Shown: positions 21,901-30,780, counted from the first letter of the stretch. The stretch: DNA of 64,000 nt from Candidatus Poribacteria bacterium (GCA_965218095.1 OZ244587.1:2176001-2240000), one strand, 5' to 3'. Program-made: numbers and translations. The notes: generated by a model not told the origin, from the letters alone.

Positions 21901-24565
21901 AGCCTGCCCCGATCTATCGGGGAGTTCAGAAGTTCAATATGACTCAATGAATTCATGGACTCCTGAACCCATGATACAAGAATCCACAGCGCCTTATCAG
22001 TTCGCTCGCAACGACGAGCAAAAATACATTTCCGTGCATGGGGCGCATGAACACAATCTGAAAAATATCAACGCAGACATTCCGCATCGGAAGCTCACAA
22101 CATTCACCGGCGTGAGTGGTTCAGGGAAATCGTCCCTGGCATTGGACACGATCTATGCGGAGGGGCAGCGACGCTACATCGAATCGCTCTCGGCGTATGC
22201 GCGGCAGTTCTTAGGGCAGTTGGAAAAACCAAAGGTCGAGAAGATTGAGGGGCTCTCGCCGGCGATTGCAATTGAGCAGAAAGCGCCAAGCAAGAATCCA
22301 CGTTCCACGGTCGGAACAGTCACGGAGATCTATGATTACCTGCGGGTGCTTTATGCACGGGTTGGAATAGCGCACTGCCCGCAGTGTGGGGCGGAAATCG
22401 GTGTGCAATCTGTACAGCAGATCGTTGATAAGATCATGGCGCTGCTAGGTGGAACAAGGCTTTACGTCCTGTCTCCGCTGAGCTTGCGGAGCAATGAGGA
22501 CTACCCTGATGCCTTCCGTCGTTTGCAGCATGATGGCTATGTCCGTGTCGAAATCGACGGGGAGATTTACACCATCGATCAGGCACCGAAGATCGGAAAG
22601 AGCATCAAGCACGATGTCAAGATCGTCGTTGATCGCTTGGCGCTTCAACCCGACGAGCGCAGCCGGCTTACCGAAGCGGTCGAGACCGCAACGCAGCAGA
22701 GTGGCGGCACTGTGGCAGTGGGCGTTATGGCTGAAGGAGACAGAGAACTCTCCGAGACAAGGGAGCTAGAGAAAAACAAGAGTTCAGGAGTTCAGGAGTC
22801 ACGCATCACGCATCACGTTTTCAGTGAGCATTTCGCCTGTGTCCCGTGTGGATTGAGTTTCCCGGAGTTGACGCCGCGTCACTTTTCATTTAACAGCCCA
22901 TTAGGGCAGTGCGAGCGGTGCGAAGGGATCGATGTAACACTCAGTGGGCGTGTGATTTGTAACGAATGTAAAGGAACGCGCATCCAGCCGTTAGCGCGTG
23001 GAGTTACCCTCAGTGGAAAAACCATCGCGGAAGTCACAGCGATGTCGATCGGTGATGCGGCGAACTTCTTCCATTGCCTGGATTTGTCAGCGCACCAGAT
23101 GGAGATTGGTCGTGAACTCCTCAGAGAGATTCAGAATCGGCTTCGATTTCTTGTCGATATTGGCTTGCATTACTTGACGTTAAGCCGTCCCGCACCAAGC
23201 CTCTCCGGCGGTGAGATGCAGCGCATCCGTTTGGCAAGTCAACTTGGCAGTGGTCTCACAGGGGTGACGTACATTCTTGATGAACCGAGTATCGGCTTGC
23301 ATCACCGAGATCAGGAGCGGCTTCTCGGGGCATTGAAGCATCTGCGCGATCTCGGGAACAGCGTCCTGGTCATTGAGCATGATCTGGAGACCATGCTGAC
23401 ATCGGATCATATCCTCGATTTTGGGCCTCGGGCAGGCAAGTTGGGCGGAGAGATTGTCGCCGCCGGTTCACCGACTGAAATTAAACAGAGCGAAAAATCG
23501 CTGACCAGCGGGTATCTCACAGGAACGCTCAAGATCGAGACACCGACGAAACGGCGAAAAGGCAAAAGAGAGTGGCTTGAGATGGTCGGTGTCCAAACCA
23601 ATAACCTCAAGAAGATCGATGTCAAAATTCCGTTGGGGACACTGACATGCGTGACAGGGGTTTCTGGGTCTGGGAAAAGTTCGCTAGTCGAGGAGACACT
23701 TTACCCTGTTCTCGCTTCCAACCTGAATCGGACGTGGATGCGGACAGGGAAGTATAGACAGGTCCGCGGGCTGGAATACCTTGACAAAGTGATCAACATC
23801 GATCAGCAGCCCATCGGGGATACGCCGCGATCCAATCCCGCCACTTATACCGATCTCTTCACCAAGATCCGCTATCTCTTCGCCGATCTGCCTGACGCCA
23901 AAGTGTACGGCTTCGATTCACGTCGATTCAGTTTTAACCAGAAAACAGGACAGTGCGAAACGTGCCGCGGGCATGGCTACAACAAGATTGAGATGCACTT
24001 TCTCGCGGATGTATGGGTGAAATGTGATGTGTGCGGTGGGACGGGCTATAACCACGAAACGCTGCAGATCCACTACAAGGGCAAAAATATCGCCGATATT
24101 CTGGGGATGACGGTGCAGGAAGCGCTAGATCACTTCCACAATGTGCCGAGCATCCGCAAGCCTTTACAGATGCTGTACGATGTCGGCCTGGATTACATTG
24201 AACTGGGACAATCCGCGACGACGTTCTCCGGCGGCGAAGCGCAGCGTGTCAAGCTGGCGCGAGAATTGGCGAAACGGAGCACCGGCAGAACAATCTACAT
24301 TATGGACGAACCGACGACCGGCTTGCATTTTGATGATGTACAAAAATTGCTGGTGGTGCTCAACCGCCTGGTGGACAAAGGCAACACGATCGTCATCATT
24401 GAACACAACATGGACGTGATTAAATCTGCGGATTGGATTATTGACCTCGGTCCTGAAGGCGGGGATGAAGGTGGGACGGTGGTCGCTATGGAGCCACCAG
24501 AGGAAGTGGCAACGGTAGAGGGTTCACATACCGGGCGATTTCTGCGGAAGGTTCTCACGACATAA
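18920..24565 (+). CDS. uvrA: Excinuclease ABC subunit A, tandem double-length form
   Basis: Four GVSGSGKSSL Walker A motifs and repeated TIYAEGQRRYIESLS; the second UvrA module begins near 22020. Confidence 0.96.
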   Translation: MPDEFIDIRGACEHNLKNIDLKLPKDKLIIFTGVSGSGKSSLAFDTIYAEGQRRYIESLSAYARQFLGQLEKPDVDFIGGLSPSISIDQKSTGNNPRSTVATITEIYDYLRVLFARVGTPHCLRCGRPVGVQTVEAIIDQIVNLPQRTRILILAPIVSGRRGEYRDDLEDALKAGFVRARIDGQIYDLSDEIQLDRNQRHNIEIVVDRIIIKPDGRSRIAEAVETALRMGEGRLIVNIIEGQPEAEDLLFGVDYTCVNCNISYEPPAPRQFSFNSPAGMCSTCKGLGTKTEISPDLVVPDPTKSIREGAIIFWGRLDTLQTQHLAVSLAQHLDFSLDAPWEQLTDEQKRVILYGAGREKIPFVYQSRRNRRYKYEAAFEGVIPTEERKYFQATSEIMTRYLAKYMVSGVCPDCNGTRLKPEVKAVTIAGKSILDVVEMAVGDCFKFFEKLQLPEREAFIATGLLKEIKGRLWFLMNVGLHYLTLDRTAPTLSGGESQRIRLASQIGTGLRGVIYVLDEPSIGLHPRDNAHLLTTLKHLRDQGNTVVVVEHDQDTMWAGDVIVDFGPGPGIKGGEIAAIGSPQEIAENSTSLTAQYLRGEQQIEIPAERRSIGNRWLEICGARHNNLKDIDVRIPIGVFTCVTGVSGSGKSSLINDILYQALARDLMKAHAQPGEYGNIRAIIFKEKKNEGEEVLEFRACPDLSGSSGLQEFIDVASAIDKVIDIDQTPIGRTPRSNPATYTKVFDHIRALYADLPESRLRGYKQGRFSFNVKGGRCEACEGNGSKRVEMHFIADVWVRCNVCQGKRYNDETLQVKYRGTSIANVLNMDVQEALEHFANVPKIAKILQTLHDVGLDYIKLGQPAPTLSGGEAQRIKLARELAKRSTGKTLYILDEPTTGLHFDDVKKLLEVLHQLVDASNTVVVIEHNLEVVKTADYLIDLGPEGGEEGGYVVAVGTPEEVAVVEASYTGLVLKPVLNQGRKEGGKESSRVQGFRACPDLSGSSEVQYDSMNSWTPEPMIQESTAPYQFARNDEQKYISVHGAHEHNLKNINADIPHRKLTTFTGVSGSGKSSLALDTIYAEGQRRYIESLSAYARQFLGQLEKPKVEKIEGLSPAIAIEQKAPSKNPRSTVGTVTEIYDYLRVLYARVGIAHCPQCGAEIGVQSVQQIVDKIMALLGGTRLYVLSPLSLRSNEDYPDAFRRLQHDGYVRVEIDGEIYTIDQAPKIGKSIKHDVKIVVDRLALQPDERSRLTEAVETATQQSGGTVAVGVMAEGDRELSETRELEKNKSSGVQESRITHHVFSEHFACVPCGLSFPELTPRHFSFNSPLGQCERCEGIDVTLSGRVICNECKGTRIQPLARGVTLSGKTIAEVTAMSIGDAANFFHCLDLSAHQMEIGRELLREIQNRLRFLVDIGLHYLTLSRPAPSLSGGEMQRIRLASQLGSGLTGVTYILDEPSIGLHHRDQERLLGALKHLRDLGNSVLVIEHDLETMLTSDHILDFGPRAGKLGGEIVAAGSPTEIKQSEKSLTSGYLTGTLKIETPTKRRKGKREWLEMVGVQTNNLKKIDVKIPLGTLTCVTGVSGSGKSSLVEETLYPVLASNLNRTWMRTGKYRQVRGLEYLDKVINIDQQPIGDTPRSNPATYTDLFTKIRYLFADLPDAKVYGFDSRRFSFNQKTGQCETCRGHGYNKIEMHFLADVWVKCDVCGGTGYNHETLQIHYKGKNIADILGMTVQEALDHFHNVPSIRKPLQMLYDVGLDYIELGQSATTFSGGEAQRVKLARELAKRSTGRTIYIMDEPTTGLHFDDVQKLLVVLNRLVDKGNTIVIIEHNMDVIKSADWIIDLGPEGGDEGGTVVAMEPPEEVATVEGSHTGRFLRKVLTT
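21010..21030 (+). repeat. 21-nt palindromic insert AGCCTGCCCCGATCTATCGGG, in frame within uvrA (copy 1)
   Basis: Identical to 21901..21921; embedded in GAGTTCAG octamer repeats. Confidence 0.9.
21901..21921 (+). repeat. 21-nt palindromic insert, in frame within uvrA (copy 2)
   Basis: Identical to 21010..21030; both translate as FRACPDLSGSS with flanks. Confidence 0.9.
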
Positions 24566-24761
24566 GCTGCTTTATGTAACTGTTCAGGTGGTAAAACGAA
24601 GAAGGGAAATAAGCGCAATCTAACAGATGCTTGCCAGCCAGATTCTTGATTTGCCGTATTTGGAAAAGGCAGGATTATTACAAGAACAAAAAGAAGAGGT
24701 AGCGAGAGAGAGCATTTCTTTCACATTTTAAGCAAGTTTCAATCGAAAGGAGAATCAACCA

Positions 24762-26045
24762 ATGGATCTCACACGACAACCACCACGCCGTCCATCAAAC
24801 CTTAGCGTTGCTGGTATTGTCGGTGCAGCGCGAATGACCGACAAAGCTAGAGCGCATAACGACGAAACGCTCGACGAATACCTCTACGGAGAGAATTCCG
24901 GGCTGGATCGCAAAGTTCTGGGGCTTCTCGGTATTTCAGCAGATGAATTTGCTGAAGCCGTAGACGAATACAATGATGAAACCCTGAGCAAATGGGTGCT
25001 TGAAAAATCAGGGGTTACACAGGCGCAAATTGATGAATTTAATCAGAGGGAGTTGAGCATCGAACCTCAGACTGGAGAATACCGTCAGCGCTTGAAGGAT
25101 CGGATCGCTAGGTACGCCCCCGGCAGGACAGACATTAAGACGGTGCTTCAATCGGTGGAATTAGACGATTGGGGAAACTTCTGGCCGGTGGATTTGACTA
25201 GGCGACCGCCGCGCAGTCCGCACTGCAAGGACGCTGCGGGAATCTTTGGCGTTGCGCGGATGGCAGACAAAGCGCGGGCGGCACACGCCGGGAAACTCGG
25301 CGAGTATCGGTATGGCGAGGACTCCGGGCACGATAAACGGGTGTTGGGTTTTCTAGGTATCTCCGCGGATGAATTCCAGGAAACCGCAGTAAATAACCCA
25401 AATGATCTAGAATTAGGCGCGTGGGTGCTCGAAAAGAGCGGGACCCAATCATCTCGGATTGCCGCTTTTAATCGTGTCGCGGCAAATAGAGGTCCCGAAG
25501 ATGATGAAGAAAAAGCGCGTTTTAATGCACGGCGGGAAGAAATCGATCCGAGCCGGACAGATATTACGACATGGGCGGATCTGATGGATTTGGACGATGA
25601 GCTCAGCTTCGGCATTGTAGACCTTGCGCGTCATGCGCCACGCAGTCCCTACGACACCGAGGTTGGGGGGATCGTAGGCTTGGCGCGAATGCTCGACAAG
25701 GCGAAGGCGCTCAATAGCGATTCACTTGGCGACTATTGGTACGGCGAGGATTCAGTCCATGATCGATACCTGCTTAAGTTTCTCGGCATTTCCCCACAAG
25801 ACTTCACGGACGCGGTGAAAACGCTGCCGACAGATGAAGATGTCGTGAATTGGCTCAAGACGCGGATCCCGAAAACTGAGGCGGAAATCGCCGGTTTTAA
25901 TGAGAAGGCGACAAACTGGGGGCCCACCAATGATGCCCAGAGAGCCTTCCTCGCAAGGGCTATCAGCAAACTGGATACAAGTCGGACGGATATTCAGACT
26001 TTTTTTGACCTGATAGTGCTTGCGGATCAGAAAAGCTTTGAGTAA
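24762..26045 (+). CDS. Protein made of three tandem DUF5069-like domains
   Basis: Three repeats of DLxRxxPRxP...G...ARMxDKAxA...L[DG][ED]YxYGE[ND]S..D...L..LGIS; RBS AAGGAG. Confidence 0.8.
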   Translation: MDLTRQPPRRPSNLSVAGIVGAARMTDKARAHNDETLDEYLYGENSGLDRKVLGLLGISADEFAEAVDEYNDETLSKWVLEKSGVTQAQIDEFNQRELSIEPQTGEYRQRLKDRIARYAPGRTDIKTVLQSVELDDWGNFWPVDLTRRPPRSPHCKDAAGIFGVARMADKARAAHAGKLGEYRYGEDSGHDKRVLGFLGISADEFQETAVNNPNDLELGAWVLEKSGTQSSRIAAFNRVAANRGPEDDEEKARFNARREEIDPSRTDITTWADLMDLDDELSFGIVDLARHAPRSPYDTEVGGIVGLARMLDKAKALNSDSLGDYWYGEDSVHDRYLLKFLGISPQDFTDAVKTLPTDEDVVNWLKTRIPKTEAEIAGFNEKATNWGPTNDAQRAFLARAISKLDTSRTDIQTFFDLIVLADQKSFE

Positions 26046-27179
26046 ACTTTCTGTGAAGTAGGAGGAAATCTCGTCATACTTCCGGGCGATCCCCTCCACC
26101 TGCCTTGGATCTAAACGTAATTTCCCGCTTTCTCTGCCTGCTGACTCATCCCATTCACGCGCTTCCAAGTTTTCAATCGAATTCAGCACATCGGTGATCT
26201 GCCCCGTCTTGTCATCAACAATCGCGATCGCCAGATTTCCCCAGCCGTGATTGTAGTAACTGACTGTCCACGCAAAGCCTTGAAACCAAGCGTACTCATG
26301 CACGCCCTTGTGTCCTTTTAAGATTCTTTGTATGCGCGGATCGGCATTAGCAATTTGACTCGCTTGTTCCGGCGTTAATTCTGTTTTCGTCTCTAGCAGT
26401 TCGATTTCTTTCCTATCCGCTCCAGGGGGCCACGTCTTCGGTTTCCGCTCTGCAAGTGCGCGCAGCAGGGCAGCCCGCCAGCGGTGTGCATCTCTGACTT
26501 TTTCATACTGAGCAGCACGCTGTCGGTACAGCTCTGCAACGTTTGTTTGCCCTGCGTTTGCCGACCGCTCCGCCTCCCACCGAAAATAGGCAACCGTGAT
26601 CTCGTTGTACTGATCGGCACACATCTCCGCCCCATCGGCTTCAAGATTCAACGCCGCGGCATAATCCTCTTTCCTTTTGAAAATCTGCTGCTGTTTCTTG
26701 AAGAAATTGGGGTAGACACCATAATCGTAGAATCGATCCGGATAGGTCGGTGCCCATGTCGCGATAAACTGAGCAATTTTCTCGTGTTCAGCGGCAAGTT
26801 CCCTCTTTGCCGGATTTGTTATTGATTTTTCCCAGTTTGCCTTCGCTCGCTGCAGGTGATATTCTCGTTGGGCTTTGATGTCGGCTAACTCTCTGCGTCT
26901 CGTCTCCACAAGCGCATCTTTTCCATGAAGGATATAATACCGAATCTGGATTTCCGTCATCGGCATGGAGATGATTTCCAAGCAACCCGCAGCAGCCTCA
27001 CGCCACAGGGCGGCCTTGGCGAAATCTCCATCCCGTTCATAACACTTGATCATGATGTTGGCGTTTAAAGTCCCTTCACGAACCGCATGGCTTGACTGGA
27101 TGTAGAAAACCAGCATAAAAATGGCGAGGAGGATGCAGATTGCTGTAGTACGGGCATTGCGTCGGATCATTGCATACAT
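25752..27179 (-). CDS. Exported hypothetical protein; the 3' ~100 codons are probably read-through after truncation
   Basis: Signal peptide and internally repeated helical segments; 294-nt antisense overlap with the DUF5069 gene. Confidence 0.55.
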   Translation of the reverse strand: MYAMIRRNARTTAICILLAIFMLVFYIQSSHAVREGTLNANIMIKCYERDGDFAKAALWREAAAGCLEIISMPMTEIQIRYYILHGKDALVETRRRELADIKAQREYHLQRAKANWEKSITNPAKRELAAEHEKIAQFIATWAPTYPDRFYDYGVYPNFFKKQQQIFKRKEDYAAALNLEADGAEMCADQYNEITVAYFRWEAERSANAGQTNVAELYRQRAAQYEKVRDAHRWRAALLRALAERKPKTWPPGADRKEIELLETKTELTPEQASQIANADPRIQRILKGHKGVHEYAWFQGFAWTVSYYNHGWGNLAIAIVDDKTGQITDVLNSIENLEAREWDESAGRESGKLRLDPRQVEGIARKYDEISSYFTESLLKAFLIRKHYQVKKSLNIRPTCIQFADSPCEEGSLGIIGGPPVCRLLIKTGDFRLSFRDPRLEPIHDIFICRQRFHRVREVLWGNAEKLKQVSIMD

Positions 27180-27207
27180 TCCTTTCGGGATGGTTCATTT
27201 TCCTGTT

Positions 27208-27426
27208 CTATCACTAAACCTTTGAGAAATCTGCGCCGTGACTTTCTCGTGCCATGAAAACGAAAAAATGAAACCCCGATAGATCGGGACAAAGCCTGGT
27301 CTTGCGCAGCGGACTCCGCTCTGCGATCGGGACTTTCGGAACGGAGCTGTGATGCGTGAGATGTCTTGCCTCTGACGCAGTACGCAATACGTTCTCGGCT
27401 GATGAAAGCACGGCGCTGAATTTTCT
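27208..27426. mobile_element. MITE copy with one intact end, inverted relative to 46627..46844
   Basis: About 200 nt of high similarity to the reverse complement of 46627..46844; starts CTATCACTAAA. Confidence 0.85.
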
Positions 27427-27539
27427 TTGGGAGTTGGAGGGGCTTCTCAACCCGTACCGCTCCGTAATCCTCTCTTCCTACCCATTCCCCCGCTACTCAC
27501 AAATTGAGCAAATGGTTTTCAAAATAAGTCAGCGATGAG

Positions 27540-28523
27540 TTATCCCAACACAATCCGCTGGTTCTCCTGCATCGATTGTTCAGCGGAAAGGGTCACTCGT
27601 ATCGCTTCAAGTGCTGTGACTGCGTCCTTGTGTGCTGCGCTTGTCTCTTGGTTTTGGATCTCCTGTATCCACTGTTCCTGAAGTGAAACGCTCGGCCCAT
27701 CAATTGGTGCAATCTCCTCTACCCGCGACCCGGTTGAACAGTACCACTTGCCGCCGCTGTGACTGATTGTTCCCTCCGTCAAAACGTAACGCAAATGCTG
27801 TTCAGCTTCCTTGATCTCGACCCCTCCTGCCCACGTCCATTGACCAATCCCGCCATCCTTAAACCCAACGTTGACTGTGTTGACAAATCGGTTATATTGC
27901 CCCTGGTCGGTCAAGCCTTCGTAAACGGTGCCCCCTTCGACCCACGCGACGCTTCCGAAGAGATCAACGACCGGGTAGATGTGGTATATGAAAAAGTGCG
28001 CAGGTGGTCCAGAAACAGGTAGATTGAACAAGATCTCCGGCCGTGCACCCCGCCCCGGTGTGAGACGTAAAAAGGAAGTCAACAGCAACTCGCCGACCTC
28101 CTGTACCTTCTGTTTAATCGCCCGGTGTGAATTGGACACGGTTTCGGAGTGGTTAATCCGCAGGGCCCGTTGGTTAGCTTGTGCGAGTTCAACTGCGGTT
28201 TCACCCTCATTAATTGACCGTGCAAGCGGATATTCCGTAAAAACGTGTTTATTGGAACGGAGCGCCATAATCGTAATTTCACCGTGGCTATCGTTATGGG
28301 TGCAGATAACGATCCCATCCAGGTTGTCGCGTTGAACGAGAGCCTTCCAATCAGGGACAAATTCGGCGCCATGTCTTTCTGCTAACGCTGTGCCGGTTTG
28401 GGGGTTTCTTGACGCGATCGCCACAACCTCAGCGGCTTCAAGCTCAGCAAACTTGTCTGCATGACGTTCCCCCGTGCCGCCGGATCCAACAATACCGATT
28501 CTAATTTTTGACATATTTTTCAC
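27540..28523 (-). CDS. Gfo/Idh/MocA family oxidoreductase
   Basis: IGIVGSGGTG Rossmann motif, ICTHNDSH, KHVFTEYPLA. Confidence 0.9.
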   Translation of the reverse strand: MKNMSKIRIGIVGSGGTGERHADKFAELEAAEVVAIASRNPQTGTALAERHGAEFVPDWKALVQRDNLDGIVICTHNDSHGEITIMALRSNKHVFTEYPLARSINEGETAVELAQANQRALRINHSETVSNSHRAIKQKVQEVGELLLTSFLRLTPGRGARPEILFNLPVSGPPAHFFIYHIYPVVDLFGSVAWVEGGTVYEGLTDQGQYNRFVNTVNVGFKDGGIGQWTWAGGVEIKEAEQHLRYVLTEGTISHSGGKWYCSTGSRVEEIAPIDGPSVSLQEQWIQEIQNQETSAAHKDAVTALEAIRVTLSAEQSMQENQRIVLG

Positions 28524-28767
28524 CTCATACCGATCTTAAATTGTCACTCCGTGCCCAGCCTTGCTCACTCCGTGGTTAAGTTTATCGGTGGCTTCAGGTA
28601 ATCTCCTGTGTTCCGTGTTCATCAAATGCGAAATCGTAAGCGAGATTATACCAAAATCAGGAAAGCAAGGCAATAATTATAAGCAATTGATTGGCTTTTT
28701 GTGTTGATGTTTGCTTACCGATGTGATAGAATACAAACGCACTTTATATGATGACCTGTTTGATAGA

Positions 28768-28887
28768 TAGGAGTTACGCACTTCAGATTGAGCGAATCCG
28801 ACTGCACCCGAATCTTGAATCAAGATCCCGATCTATCGGGGATGCAGATGAATTGTGGAATGATTAGGACCAACTGCGTAACTCTTA
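28768..28887. mobile_element. About 120-nt MITE with TA(G/A)GAGTTACGCA terminal inverted repeats
   Basis: TAGGAGTTACGCA ... TGCGTAACTCTTA; related inverted copy at 49108..49204. Confidence 0.75.
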
Positions 28888-29011
28888 ATAGATTTCATAT
28901 AGACGTTTCGCGTGCTTCCGAGGTAATTTCCTCGCGCTTCTCCTACGGCAAAAGAAATCAATCCGAAATGCGATTCAATATGACTGACTATCCTGTTTGA
29001 GGAGGCGTTCA

Positions 29012-30766
29012 ATGCGTAACAAGAAAGATAGGAACCGACCTGAGATAATACTGGAAGAAAATTTTCGATTGTTTGACGATGACATCGAAGACGACACTGA
29101 GGACGATAATGATCAGGTAGGCACGCCTCGTTCCTTGATATTAGTGGATCAACTCATCTATACGACCCATGAAAACGATCAGAGGCGACCGCTGCTGTAT
29201 CAACTGCAGCGTACTATTATAGAAGATGAAATGACCTTTCAGGAGGCAAGGGAAGCAATCGTCGAAATGCAGGAGGCAATCGAAAAGCTCACTTCCCCGG
29301 CGAACCGGATTGGAACTTTGCTCGGTCTGCCGAAAAAGGAGGTCGCCCACGTGATCATTGGCGGGTCAGAATATTATGCGAATATTGATCCGCAGCTCGA
29401 TCCGGCATCTCTCAAGATCGGTTTCAGTGTACTTCTCAATGAGGCTTATGTCATTGTCGGTGAATTGGGATATAACACCTCTGGAGCGATTGCGAAGATT
29501 ATCGATCTGATGCCTGATGGTCGGTTGCGCGTTGGGCAAGAACCTGGTGGATTGCAAGCGATCATTTTGCAACGCTCGACCGATTTGGCAAATGCGAAAC
29601 TTAAAGTCGGCGACGAAATTCGCATGGACCCAAATTCCAAAGTAGCGCTGGAACGATTGGAAGCGCAAGAGGCAAAAGACTACTATCTCGAAGAAGTGCC
29701 GGAACTCCCCTGGTCGAAAGTGGGCGGGCTGGATGACACAATTCAATTAATCAAAGACACTATCGAGCTTCCGATTCTACACCCGGACCTCTTCAATCGC
29801 TTTCAATATGCGCCACCAAAAGGGTTTCTCTTGCATGGTCCGCCGGGGTGTGGAAAAACGCTCATTGGCAAGGCGACGGCGCATAACCTCACGCAGCGGT
29901 TGAAAGCTGAAGAGGGTGTCGATGTCGAAGGGTGCTTCTTGCACATCAAGGGCCCCGAAATCTTGAATATGTGGCTTGGTGAGTCAGAGCGCAAAGTCCG
30001 TGAAATCTTCGAAATAGCGCGCGAAAAGGGTAAAGAAGGTTACTTGCCGTTTGTATTCATTGACGAAGCCGAATCTATTTTGGGCACCCGCCGTTCATTC
30101 CGCTCCCACAACATTTCCAACACAGTCGTCCCGATGTTCTGCGCCGAAATGGATGGGATTGAATCCCTGCAAGATGTGGTGATCATCCTTGCAACGAACC
30201 GTCCCGACCTCATTGATCCGGCGATTTTACGCCCTGGACGGATTGATCGGAAAATCAAAGTCATCCGTCCCAACAAAGAGGCATCGAAGGACATCTTCCA
30301 CATTTACCTTACGCCAGATTTGCCCATCCATCCCGAAATCCTTGACGCGCACAACGGCGACGCAGAGGTTGCCGTTTCTCATCTCATTGATCAGGTTTGC
30401 GATGAACTGTTTCAGCGAGTTGAAGATAACAAGTTTTTAGAGGTTGCCCTGAGAAGCGGTCGTCGTGATATTCTGTATCGTGGAGACCTGTGTAGTGGCG
30501 CGATTGTGGCATCCGTTGTTCAGCGCGCCAAAGAGTCCGCGATTAAGCGTACGATTAACAGTAGCAAAGGAGGGGTTGGGATTCGGGCTGAAGATTTGCT
30601 GGAGGGAGCATTGGCAGAATACCGCGAAAATGACATTTTCCCACTGACGGATAGCGTGGAGGACTGGCTCAAGCTGCTCGATTACGATCCGGAGAACGTC
30701 GTCAAAGTGACCCCAATCCGTCCAGAAAAATCAACTCGTAGAAGGGTTGTGAGTAGTGTCATTTAA
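29012..30766 (+). CDS. arc: Proteasome-associated AAA+ ATPase (ARC/Mpa family)
   Basis: N-terminal coiled coil, OB interdomain, GPPGCGKT, IKGPEILN, FIDEAES, RPGRIDRK; first gene of the proteasome cluster. Confidence 0.93.
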   Translation: MRNKKDRNRPEIILEENFRLFDDDIEDDTEDDNDQVGTPRSLILVDQLIYTTHENDQRRPLLYQLQRTIIEDEMTFQEAREAIVEMQEAIEKLTSPANRIGTLLGLPKKEVAHVIIGGSEYYANIDPQLDPASLKIGFSVLLNEAYVIVGELGYNTSGAIAKIIDLMPDGRLRVGQEPGGLQAIILQRSTDLANAKLKVGDEIRMDPNSKVALERLEAQEAKDYYLEEVPELPWSKVGGLDDTIQLIKDTIELPILHPDLFNRFQYAPPKGFLLHGPPGCGKTLIGKATAHNLTQRLKAEEGVDVEGCFLHIKGPEILNMWLGESERKVREIFEIAREKGKEGYLPFVFIDEAESILGTRRSFRSHNISNTVVPMFCAEMDGIESLQDVVIILATNRPDLIDPAILRPGRIDRKIKVIRPNKEASKDIFHIYLTPDLPIHPEILDAHNGDAEVAVSHLIDQVCDELFQRVEDNKFLEVALRSGRRDILYRGDLCSGAIVASVVQRAKESAIKRTINSSKGGVGIRAEDLLEGALAEYRENDIFPLTDSVEDWLKLLDYDPENVVKVTPIRPEKSTRRRVVSSVI

Positions 30767-30780
30767 GGCTCAGGACTAAG

